From NCBI GenBank assembly GCA_964487425.1, contig CAZAQD010000004.1:7063-71062 (forward strand): a stretch of 64,000 bases of DNA, written 5' to 3'. The translations under genes were made by a program, and so were the position numbers. Source of the stretch: an uncultured Marvinbryantia sp. (GTDB taxonomy: Bacteria > Bacillota > Clostridia > Lachnospirales > Lachnospiraceae). Numbering within the stretch: position 1 is the first letter of the stretch; every line of letters begins with the position of its first letter. This document shows, in pieces, positions 11,413 to 19,740 of this stretch. The notes under the pieces are model-generated. The model made no database searches, was not told where the DNA came from, and saw only the letters and a program-made list of their open reading frames with translations.

Positions 11413-12363
11413 ATGGAGAAAAAGCCTTTAATTATTCTGGCAGGCCCAACTGCAGTAGGAAAAACAGCGCTGTCCATTGCCCTGGCAAAGGCGGTGGGCG
11501 GCGAAATTATTTCAGCGGATTCCATGCAGGTCTATAAGGGCATGGATATCGGTTCCGCTAAAATCCGGCAGGATGAGATGCAGGGGATCCCTCATTACCT
11601 TATCGATGAACTGGCGCCGGACGAGGAATTCCACGTGGTTTTGTTTCAGCAGCTTGCCAAAAAATATATGGAGCAGATCTGGGAAAAAGGGAAAATCCCC
11701 ATTCTTGTCGGCGGAACCGGATTTTATATTCAGGCGGTGCTCTATGATATTGATTTTACGCAAAGCAGCAGTGATTCTTCTTACCGGGAAGAGCTGGAAC
11801 GTCTGGCGAAGGAAAAGGGAGCCGGGTATCTGCACGAAATGCTGGCGCAGGCAGACGAAAAGTCCGCCGCGGAAATTCATGTGAATAATGTAAAACGCGT
11901 GATCCGTGCACTGGAGTATTACCGAGACACGAAAGAGCCGATCTCTGCCCACAATGAAGCGCAGCGCCAGAGAAAGTCTCCCTACCGGTTTGTTTATTTT
12001 GTGTTAGACGAAGAACGGGAAAAAATCTATGAACGCATCAACCGGCGCGTGGACCTCATGGTGGAAGAAGGGCTAGTCGAAGAAGTGCGCGCTTTAAAAG
12101 AGCAGGGATATACCAAAGCTATGGTATCTATGCAGGGGCTTGGTTATAAAGAAATACTGGATTATCTGAATGGGAAATGCACCCTGGAGGAAGCGGTATA
12201 CACGATCAAGCGTGACACCAGGCATTTCGCCAAGCGGCAGATCACCTGGATGAAGCGTGAAAAAGAGATCTGCCGGATCAAAAAAGAGGCGTTTGCCTGC
12301 CGGGAAGAGGCGATTCTTGCATATATGATGCAAATTTTACGCAGGAAAGGATTGATAGAATAA
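11413..12363 (+). CDS. miaA: tRNA dimethylallyltransferase
   Basis: GPTAVGKT, ISADSMQVY, GGTGFY and AKRQITW motifs. Confidence 0.97.
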   Translation: MEKKPLIILAGPTAVGKTALSIALAKAVGGEIISADSMQVYKGMDIGSAKIRQDEMQGIPHYLIDELAPDEEFHVVLFQQLAKKYMEQIWEKGKIPILVGGTGFYIQAVLYDIDFTQSSSDSSYREELERLAKEKGAGYLHEMLAQADEKSAAEIHVNNVKRVIRALEYYRDTKEPISAHNEAQRQRKSPYRFVYFVLDEEREKIYERINRRVDLMVEEGLVEEVRALKEQGYTKAMVSMQGLGYKEILDYLNGKCTLEEAVYTIKRDTRHFAKRQITWMKREKEICRIKKEAFACREEAILAYMMQILRRKGLIE

Positions 12364-13652
12364 TGCCATCGGAAACATTGGAACAAATGTATGAAGAACT
12401 GGGAATCAGTAAAGACGTTTTTGCCTTTGGAAAAATGATCGAGGAACAATTAAAGGAACGCTTTTCTGAGATTGACCGGACGGCAGAATATAACCAGCTA
12501 AAAGTGATCCACGCCATGCAGCAGTGCAGGGTCGGCAGCGAATGCTTTCAGTGCAGCACCGGTTACGGCTATAATGACCTCGGGCGTGAGAAACTGGAGG
12601 AGGTTTATGCAAAGGTCTTCCACACAGAGGCGGCGCTTGTACGTCCGCAGATTACCTGCGGGACACATGCGCTTGCCGTTGCGCTGGCTGGAAATTTGCG
12701 CCCGGGTGAGGAAATGATCTCGATATCCGGTAAACCTTATGATACGCTTGAGGAAGTGATCGGCATTCGCCCGTCGGACGGTTCGCTTGCCGAATATGGT
12801 ATCTCCTACCGGCAGGTTGACCTGCTCGAAAACGGAGATTTTGACCTGCAGGGCATCGCCCGCGCGACCGGCAGCAAAACCAGGCTGGTGGAAATCCAGC
12901 GTTCAAAGGGATATCAAACCAGGCAGACGCTTTCCGTAGCAAAGATTGCAGAGGCGATCGCTTTTGTAAAGAAAATAAATCCCAGCATTATCGTCATGGT
13001 GGATAACTGTTACGGTGAATTTGTGGAATGTACAGAACCCAGTGATTTCGGCGCGGATATGGTCGTCGGGTCACTGATTAAAAATCCGGGAGGCGGGCTG
13101 GCGCCGATCGGCGGTTATATCGCCGGAACGCGTGAGTGTATTGAGCACGCCGCTTACCGCCTGACATCCCCAGGGCTTGGAAGAGAGGTCGGCGCGACGC
13201 TTGGCGTCAACAAAGACCTTTTCCAGGGGCTGTTCCTTGCCCCGACCGTGGTCGCCGGTGCGCTAAAAGGGGCAATTTTTGCCGCGAACATCTATGAACG
13301 GCTGGGATTTCGCGTTATTCCTGACGGTAAACAGCCGCGCCATGACATTATCCAGACGGTGGAATTCGGATTTCCCGAGGGCGTGATTGCCTTTTGCGAA
13401 GGAATCCAGTCGGCAGCTCCGGTAGACAGCTATGTGACGCCGGAACCGTGGGCGATGCCTGGCTATGACAGCGATGTCATTATGGCAGCCGGCGCGTTTA
13501 TCCAGGGTTCGTCCATTGAGCTGAGCGCCGATGGACCGATCAAACCGCCCTATGCAGTCTACTTCCAGGGCGGGCTTACCTGGGCGCATGCAAAGCTTGG
13601 CATCTTAAAATCCCTGCAAAGACTGAAGGAAAAGAATCTGGTGACGTTATGA
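12363..13652 (+). CDS. YnbB-like PLP-dependent protein (methionine gamma-lyase / 'aluminium resistance' family)
   Basis: TGYGYND, GTHAL, VDNCYGEF, GSLIKNPGGG and GSSIELSADGP motifs. Confidence 0.88.
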   Translation: MPSETLEQMYEELGISKDVFAFGKMIEEQLKERFSEIDRTAEYNQLKVIHAMQQCRVGSECFQCSTGYGYNDLGREKLEEVYAKVFHTEAALVRPQITCGTHALAVALAGNLRPGEEMISISGKPYDTLEEVIGIRPSDGSLAEYGISYRQVDLLENGDFDLQGIARATGSKTRLVEIQRSKGYQTRQTLSVAKIAEAIAFVKKINPSIIVMVDNCYGEFVECTEPSDFGADMVVGSLIKNPGGGLAPIGGYIAGTRECIEHAAYRLTSPGLGREVGATLGVNKDLFQGLFLAPTVVAGALKGAIFAANIYERLGFRVIPDGKQPRHDIIQTVEFGFPEGVIAFCEGIQSAAPVDSYVTPEPWAMPGYDSDVIMAAGAFIQGSSIELSADGPIKPPYAVYFQGGLTWAHAKLGILKSLQRLKEKNLVTL

Positions 13653-14908
13653 AGAGAGTGATTGTGATCGGTGCAGGCGCTTCCGGCATGATGGCGGCGA
13701 TTACCGCCGCCAGGGAGGGGGTTTACGTCACCGTGTTAGAAGGAATGGAAAAGCCGGGGAAAAAGCTGTTGACGACTGGAAATGGAAGATGCAACCTTTC
13801 CAATACCGACCAGGAGCGCGCCGACCGATTCCGCGGAGGCAACAGCAGCATTGTAAATACCGTCATGGCGCAATTTCCGCTGGAAAAGACCATGACTTTT
13901 TTTGAAGAGCTGGGATTGCTGCTGCAGTCTAAAAATGGTTATCTTTATCCTTATGTAAACCAGGCGTCCGCCGTACTGGAGGTACTGCTCATCGAAGCAA
14001 GGAGGCTGCATGTCCGTATTAAATGCACCGAAAAGGTAACCGCGCTTTTTCAGGAGCAGCAAATATGGAAGGTACAGACCGACACCTGGTGCTATGAGGC
14101 GGAGCGGGTGATTTTAAGCGCCGGCTCTATGGCGGCACCGGCAACCGGCTCCGATGGAAGCGGCTACCGGCTTGCCCGTTCGCTTGGGCATCACATCACT
14201 ACGCCGCTTCCGGCATTGGTTCCCTTAATACTGGAAGAAAAATGGGGAAAGAAGATGGCGGGGCTGCGCATGCAGGCACAGGTGACGCTTATAGTTCAGC
14301 CGCAAGCGAGCAGAGAAAACGCCCACAGAGAAGAATTCCGGGAACGCGGGGAGCTGCAGTGGACGGAATATGGTATTTCCGGTATTGTTGTATTCCAACT
14401 GAGCCGTTACGCCGCAAGAGCGCTCCATGAAGAGAAAAAAGTGTCTGCCCGTCTGGACCTGATGCCTGATTTCTCAGAGAAAGAGGTGGCGCGTATGCTT
14501 ATTGGGCGCAGAAGAGAAGGAAGTGCTGGAGAATTCCTTGCCGGCATGCTGCCCCAAAAAGCAATTCCGGTGTTTTTAAGCTTCATATCCATGCGCCCAT
14601 CCGACCGGGCGGAGAGAATTACGGAAGCGCAGATGGCTTCTCTGGCAAAAGTGATAAAGTCGTTGGAGGTAACCGTCTCAGGGAGCAGATCCTTTGATGT
14701 GGCACAGGTTTGTTCCGGCGGTGTGGACACTTCGGAAATAAAGGCAGAGACATTGGAGTCTAGCATAGCCTCCGGCATTTACTTTAGCGGGGAGCTGCTG
14801 GATGTCGATGGTATCTGCGGAGGATATAATCTGCAATGGGCATGGTCAAGCGGATATGTTGCCGGTTACCACAGCGCCCATTCCCTTCAAGGAGAGGAAT
14901 TATTATGA
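13649..14908 (+). CDS. HI0933/YhiN-family flavoprotein
   Basis: GAGASGM, GKKLLTTGNGRCN, GSDGSGY and GELLDVDGICGGYNLQWAWSSG motifs. Confidence 0.9.
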   Translation: MKRVIVIGAGASGMMAAITAAREGVYVTVLEGMEKPGKKLLTTGNGRCNLSNTDQERADRFRGGNSSIVNTVMAQFPLEKTMTFFEELGLLLQSKNGYLYPYVNQASAVLEVLLIEARRLHVRIKCTEKVTALFQEQQIWKVQTDTWCYEAERVILSAGSMAAPATGSDGSGYRLARSLGHHITTPLPALVPLILEEKWGKKMAGLRMQAQVTLIVQPQASRENAHREEFRERGELQWTEYGISGIVVFQLSRYAARALHEEKKVSARLDLMPDFSEKEVARMLIGRRREGSAGEFLAGMLPQKAIPVFLSFISMRPSDRAERITEAQMASLAKVIKSLEVTVSGSRSFDVAQVCSGGVDTSEIKAETLESSIASGIYFSGELLDVDGICGGYNLQWAWSSGYVAGYHSAHSLQGEELL

Positions 14909-16494
14909 TTCGGATTCAACAGTTAAAACTGCCTTTAACCTATACACAGGAGACGTTGCTTCATGCGGCGGCAAAGGAGCTGAAGATTTCTGTGCCGCGT
15001 ATCCAGAGCATTCAGATAAAAAAACGCTCGATTGACGCGCGTAAAAAGCCGGATATCCACTATGTGGCATCGGTGGACGTCCGCGCCGATAAGGAAGCGG
15101 AGATTGTAAAGAAATGTAAAAATTCGCAGATCTGCATTGTTAAGGAGACGCCTTACCGGTATCCGCAGCCGGGCAATGAAAAGCTGAAGCACCGCCCGGT
15201 AATTATTGGCAGCGGCCCCGCAGGGCTTTTCTGCTGCCTCGTGCTGGCAAGATGCGGTTATCAGCCAATCCTTCTGGAGAGAGGAGAGGATGTGGATGCC
15301 CGCAGCAGGACAATTGAGCGCTTCTGGAACGGCGAAGGGCTGGACGAGCATTCAAATGTACAGTTTGGAGAAGGCGGAGCCGGGACGTTCTCAGACGGCA
15401 AGTTGAACACGATGGTGAAAGACACGATGGGAAGGAACCGATATGTCCTGGAAACGTTTGTAAACGCAGGAGCAGATGCGGACATCCTCTATGTGAATAA
15501 ACCGCATATCGGGACAGACGTGCTGCGCAGTGTTGTAAAAAATATCCGGGAAGAGATTTTACGGCTGGGCGGGGAAGTACATTTTTCGAGCCGTGTAACG
15601 GACATTGAGATCGAAGATGGGACGGTCCGTTCTGTATGCATCAACGAAACGCACAGCCTCGCCTGTGAGGTGCTGGTGCTGGCGATCGGGCACAGCGCGC
15701 GGGATACCTTTGAGATGCTTTCCCGCAAACCGGTTGAGATGACGGCAAAATCCTTTGCGGTGGGGCTGCGCATAGAGCATCCCCAGGCGCTTATCAACCG
15801 CTCGCAGTACAGGCAGGAATATCCAGATTTTCTCCCGGCGGCTGATTACAAGCTCACAAAGAAGCTGGACAACGGCAGAGGCGTATACTCTTTTTGCATG
15901 TGTCCGGGAGGCTATGTTGTAAATGCCTCCTCAGAAAAGGGGCACATCGCCGTCAACGGGATGAGCTATCATGCTCGAGACAGCCGCAACGCCAACAGCG
16001 CGATCGTTGTGACCGTGACGCCTGAAGATTTTGGATTCGAAGGAGTCTTCGGCGGCGTGAAATTCCAAAGGCAGTTGGAAGCCTTTGCTTTTCGTGCAGG
16101 CAAGGGGGATGTCCCCGTACAGCTTTTTGGTGATTTCTGCCTGAATAAGGAAAGCCGGGAGCTTGGGAGCATAGAGCCGTGCATCCGCGGCGCGTATCGC
16201 CTGGCAAATCTGCGGGAAGGCATCCCGGCATTTCTTGGCACGTCTTTGGAGGAGGGGATCAAAGGATTTGAGCGGATGATCCCCGGCTTTGCCAGATACG
16301 ATGCCGTGCTTGCCGGAGTGGAAAGCCGTACCTCTTCCCCGGTAAGGATCGTGCGCGGTTCGGACTTTATGTCTAATATCGCCGGGCTTTATCCCAGCGG
16401 GGAGGGCGCCGGTTATGCCGGCGGGATTACCTCGGCGGCAATGGACGGGATTCGGACTGCTGAAGCAGTTATCAAAAAGTATACAAAATTTTAA
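14905..16494 (+). CDS. FAD-dependent oxidoreductase, uncharacterised
   Basis: GSGPAG, FGEGGAGTFSDGKL, FCMCPGG and GEGAGYAGGITSAA motifs. ATG 14905 overlaps the upstream TGA (ATGA) and follows a GGAGAGG RBS. Confidence 0.85.
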   Translation: MIRIQQLKLPLTYTQETLLHAAAKELKISVPRIQSIQIKKRSIDARKKPDIHYVASVDVRADKEAEIVKKCKNSQICIVKETPYRYPQPGNEKLKHRPVIIGSGPAGLFCCLVLARCGYQPILLERGEDVDARSRTIERFWNGEGLDEHSNVQFGEGGAGTFSDGKLNTMVKDTMGRNRYVLETFVNAGADADILYVNKPHIGTDVLRSVVKNIREEILRLGGEVHFSSRVTDIEIEDGTVRSVCINETHSLACEVLVLAIGHSARDTFEMLSRKPVEMTAKSFAVGLRIEHPQALINRSQYRQEYPDFLPAADYKLTKKLDNGRGVYSFCMCPGGYVVNASSEKGHIAVNGMSYHARDSRNANSAIVVTVTPEDFGFEGVFGGVKFQRQLEAFAFRAGKGDVPVQLFGDFCLNKESRELGSIEPCIRGAYRLANLREGIPAFLGTSLEEGIKGFERMIPGFARYDAVLAGVESRTSSPVRIVRGSDFMSNIAGLYPSGEGAGYAGGITSAAMDGIRTAEAVIKKYTKF

Positions 16495-16590
16495 GGATTC
16501 CCGTATATACTTTTTTTTTCAATTATGCTAGAATAATTATGTTTATAGCGATAAATTTTGTTTTCTTGCCGGGAGAACATTGAAAAATCT

Positions 16591-17313
16591 ATGAACTATA
16601 CGATGAAAGAGCTGTCTGTTTGTGACAGGCCGTACGAAAAATGTCTGCAAAAGGGTGCGGATGTTTTGACGGATGCTGAGCTTCTTGCCGTGATTATACG
16701 GACAGGCTCAAATGGGATCACCTCTGTGGAGCTTGCCAGGGAGGTGTTAAATTGCTGTAAAGTTGAGAACAGCCTCTTAGGGCTGTATCATCTCAATGTT
16801 GCCCAGCTTATGCAGATCAAGGGGATCGGAAAGGTAAAAGCGGTCCAGCTTAAATGCATAGCGGAGCTGGCAAAAAGGATGGCAAAGGCAACTGCCGGGG
16901 AGGGGCGCGTATTCCAAAGTGCTGCTGCAATTGCCGATTATTATATGGAAGATTTCCGCCATTGCCATCAGGAGATGGTATTTGTGCTGATGTTTAACGC
17001 GAAATGCAAGCTTTTGCATGAGAGCGTTGTTTCGAAGGGAACCGTCAGCCAGTCGAGTATCTCTCCAAGAGAAATCTTTCTGGAAGCGCTGGAGCATCAT
17101 GCGGTTTATATTATTGTGATGCATAACCATCCGAGCGGAGATGCTGCGCCAAGCAGGGAAGACATTGCCCTTACACAGCGGATAGCCGCCGCCGGCAGTA
17201 TGCTGGGGATTGAGCTGATGGACCACATCATACTGGGGGATAGATGTTATACCAGCTTTTGCGAATTGGGATTATTAAATAAGGGACAAGCAGGGGAAAA
17301 ATTATGCCATTGA
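16591..17313 (+). CDS. radC: RadC (JAB/MPN domain) protein
   Basis: RPYEK, LTDAELLA, helix-hairpin-helix KGIGKVKA, HNHPSGD..PSRED, DHIILG. The start codon is uncertain. Confidence 0.92.
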   Translation: MNYTMKELSVCDRPYEKCLQKGADVLTDAELLAVIIRTGSNGITSVELAREVLNCCKVENSLLGLYHLNVAQLMQIKGIGKVKAVQLKCIAELAKRMAKATAGEGRVFQSAAAIADYYMEDFRHCHQEMVFVLMFNAKCKLLHESVVSKGTVSQSSISPREIFLEALEHHAVYIIVMHNHPSGDAAPSREDIALTQRIAAAGSMLGIELMDHIILGDRCYTSFCELGLLNKGQAGEKLCH

Positions 17314-18326
17314 ACAATACACTGGGGATTGATTTCGGTACGGATACGATAAAGATCTGCGACCGAAAAAAAAGAATTATTGTATGCGAGAAAAACATGA
17401 TCGCCCTTCGTGATGACAAATACATCATTGCGATTGGAGATTCTGCTTATGATATGTTCGAAAAGACGCCGGTCAACGTAAAGGCGGGGTGTCCGATGCG
17501 AAACGGGGTGATCGCGGAGGCGAGGAACGCCGAGATCGTCCTGTCGCACCTTCTCAGGAAGCACAAACGCTTTTTTTTCGGGAAGCCGGTCGTATATATT
17601 GCGGTTCCACGCGATATATCGGCAGTCGAAAAAAGGGCTTACTATAATGTTTTAAACGGGACGGTCCACGCAAGAAAAATTTTTCTTGTTGATAAAGGGC
17701 TGGCGGATAATATCGGCGTGGGCGTATCGATGTCCTCGCCAAGAGCCAGCATGCTGGTGAACATCGGCGCCGGAACGACGGAAATTTCCGTCGTGGCGGG
17801 AGGGAAAGTGCTGATTAGCAAAACACTGCAGTTGGGTGGAACCGCGCTCGACGATGAGATTATCAAGATGGCGCGGCGCATGTTTCAGGTGAATATCGGC
17901 ATCAGAACAGCATGCCGCCTAAAGCACCGCCTGTCTTTCGTAGGCGACGGGCCGGCGGATTCTATGGAAATTTACGGAATCAGCACCATTTCCGGGCTTC
18001 CGGTAGCAGCGGAGATTTCTTCGATGGCAGTCAGTGTGGCGATTACGCCGGTCATTGACCGGATTGCCGCGGAACTCAAAGGAATCCTTGACCGTCTGCC
18101 GCCGCAGTTTTACCGGGATATCATGGAAGCCGGACTGTGCCTTGCCGGCGGCTCTTCGCTGATTTTGAATTTGTCGGACCATCTGCGCCGGGAATTGTCC
18201 GTACCGGTATCCATCGTAAGGGAGCCGGGGCTTACTACGCTAAGAGGGATCCAATCGATCATGAGCGTACCGGAGCTGGCTGAGTATACATATTCCTTAA
18301 AAGATTTAACGGGAAGCGTCATATAA
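17304..18326 (+). CDS. mreB: Rod shape-determining protein, divergent MreB-like
   Basis: GIDFGT, PMRNGVIA, NIGAGTTEISV and LAGGSS motifs; sits directly upstream of mreC and mreD. Confidence 0.85.
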   Translation: MPLNNTLGIDFGTDTIKICDRKKRIIVCEKNMIALRDDKYIIAIGDSAYDMFEKTPVNVKAGCPMRNGVIAEARNAEIVLSHLLRKHKRFFFGKPVVYIAVPRDISAVEKRAYYNVLNGTVHARKIFLVDKGLADNIGVGVSMSSPRASMLVNIGAGTTEISVVAGGKVLISKTLQLGGTALDDEIIKMARRMFQVNIGIRTACRLKHRLSFVGDGPADSMEIYGISTISGLPVAAEISSMAVSVAITPVIDRIAAELKGILDRLPPQFYRDIMEAGLCLAGGSSLILNLSDHLRRELSVPVSIVREPGLTTLRGIQSIMSVPELAEYTYSLKDLTGSVI

Positions 18327-18336
18327 AGAGGTTATT

Positions 18337-19191
18337 ATGAAAAAAAAGAATTTACAGGAAAATACAAAGGGCAAATTGCTTTTATTCTTCTTATCGCTGT
18401 TTTGCTGCATCATGATTATTTTAAGCTTTGCATTGGATTTTTCCCAAAGCCCTTTTAAAGATGTGGCAGGCTATGTCCTTACGCCGCTGCAGAGCGGTAT
18501 TAACCATGTGGGCGGATGGCTTTCCGATAAGATGGATTACTTTGAGGATAATCTTGCCCTGGTGGAGGAGAATGAAGAGCTACAGGCAAAGCTCGACGAG
18601 CTGATTGTGGAAAACACACAGTTATTACAGGACCGGGATGAACTCAATAGCTTGCGGGACCTGTATGAGCTGGACCATCAGTACGAAAGCTATGAGAAAG
18701 TCGGCGCAAGGGTCATCTCCAGAGAGGACGGCAGCAACTGGTACAGCACCTTCACGATTAACAAGGGCACGGACGACGGGATTTCGGTCGATATGAATGT
18801 TATGGCGGGCTCAGGGCTTGTCGGTATCATTACCGATGTGGGACCGAACTGGGCGACAGTGCGTTCCATTATTGACGATTACAGCAATGTGAGCGCGGAG
18901 ATTTCCGAGACATCAGACACCTGTATCATAGCCGGTGATTTAAGCCTGATCGATGCCGGGAAAATACGGCTTGTGAAATTAAATGACCCCGATTTCCGGG
19001 CAAAGGTGGGGGATATGGTTGTCACTTCCCAGATCAGCGATAAATTCCTGCCTGGAATCCTGATCGGCTATATCAGCGAAATCGGGACAGATTCCAATAA
19101 TCTGACGCGTTCGGGATATATTTCACCGGTTGTCGATTTTAAAGATATCAAAGAGGTCCTTGTCATTAAAAATCTGAAGCAAAGTAAGTAA
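18337..19191 (+). CDS. mreC: Rod shape-determining protein MreC
   Basis: N-terminal TM plus coiled coil, INKGTDDGI, GLVG, GDMVVTS and PGILIG motifs. Confidence 0.93.
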   Translation: MKKKNLQENTKGKLLLFFLSLFCCIMIILSFALDFSQSPFKDVAGYVLTPLQSGINHVGGWLSDKMDYFEDNLALVEENEELQAKLDELIVENTQLLQDRDELNSLRDLYELDHQYESYEKVGARVISREDGSNWYSTFTINKGTDDGISVDMNVMAGSGLVGIITDVGPNWATVRSIIDDYSNVSAEISETSDTCIIAGDLSLIDAGKIRLVKLNDPDFRAKVGDMVVTSQISDKFLPGILIGYISEIGTDSNNLTRSGYISPVVDFKDIKEVLVIKNLKQSK

Positions 19192-19209
19192 GATAGAGGG
19201 TAAGATAAA

Positions 19210-19740
19210 ATGAGAACGAAGCTGATTATTTTCGGAATGATGCTGGTGTGCCTTATTTTGCAGTTTTCTCTGATCCCGTCCATTTCCATTGCTTCCATAT
19301 CGCCGAATCTGATGATTATATTCATTGTTTCTTTCGGACTGATGAGGGGCAAAAAATCCGGGCTGCTGATCGGCTTTATCAGCGGTATTATGATGGACAT
19401 GATGTGTATGGTACTGGGAAATTATGTGATCGGCTTTCACGGCATTATCTATATGTATATCGGTTATCTCAGCGGCTATTGTTATCATATTTTTTATGAT
19501 GACGATGTGAAAATGCCGGTGATTTTAACTGCCGCCAGCGATTTGTGCTATGGGCTGATTGTTTATACCGTACAGTTTTTGCTACGCGGGAGAGTGGGAT
19601 TCTTTTTCTATCTGCGAAGGATCATTTTACCGGAAGTCATATATACAATTGTTTTGACTCTTATCTGTTACTGGTTATTTTTGTACATCAATCGAAGACT
19701 TGAAAAGTCAGATAAAAGGAGTGTAGACAGTTTTGTTTAA
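19210..19740 (+). CDS. mreD: Rod shape-determining protein MreD
   Basis: Hydrophobic multi-TM protein with PNL..I..V...G...G..GF.SG..MD pattern; follows mreC. Confidence 0.88.
   Translation: MRTKLIIFGMMLVCLILQFSLIPSISIASISPNLMIIFIVSFGLMRGKKSGLLIGFISGIMMDMMCMVLGNYVIGFHGIIYMYIGYLSGYCYHIFYDDDVKMPVILTAASDLCYGLIVYTVQFLLRGRVGFFFYLRRIILPEVIYTIVLTLICYWLFLYINRRLEKSDKRSVDSFV

Noticed and set aside
16511-16519. Poly-T tract upstream of radC as a phase-variation site
   Set aside because: It is a short intergenic run in an AT-rich region, and there is no supporting evidence from a single sequence.
16591-17313. radC as a marker of a mobile element
   Set aside because: It is the full-length chromosomal type in the usual radC-mreBCD position.
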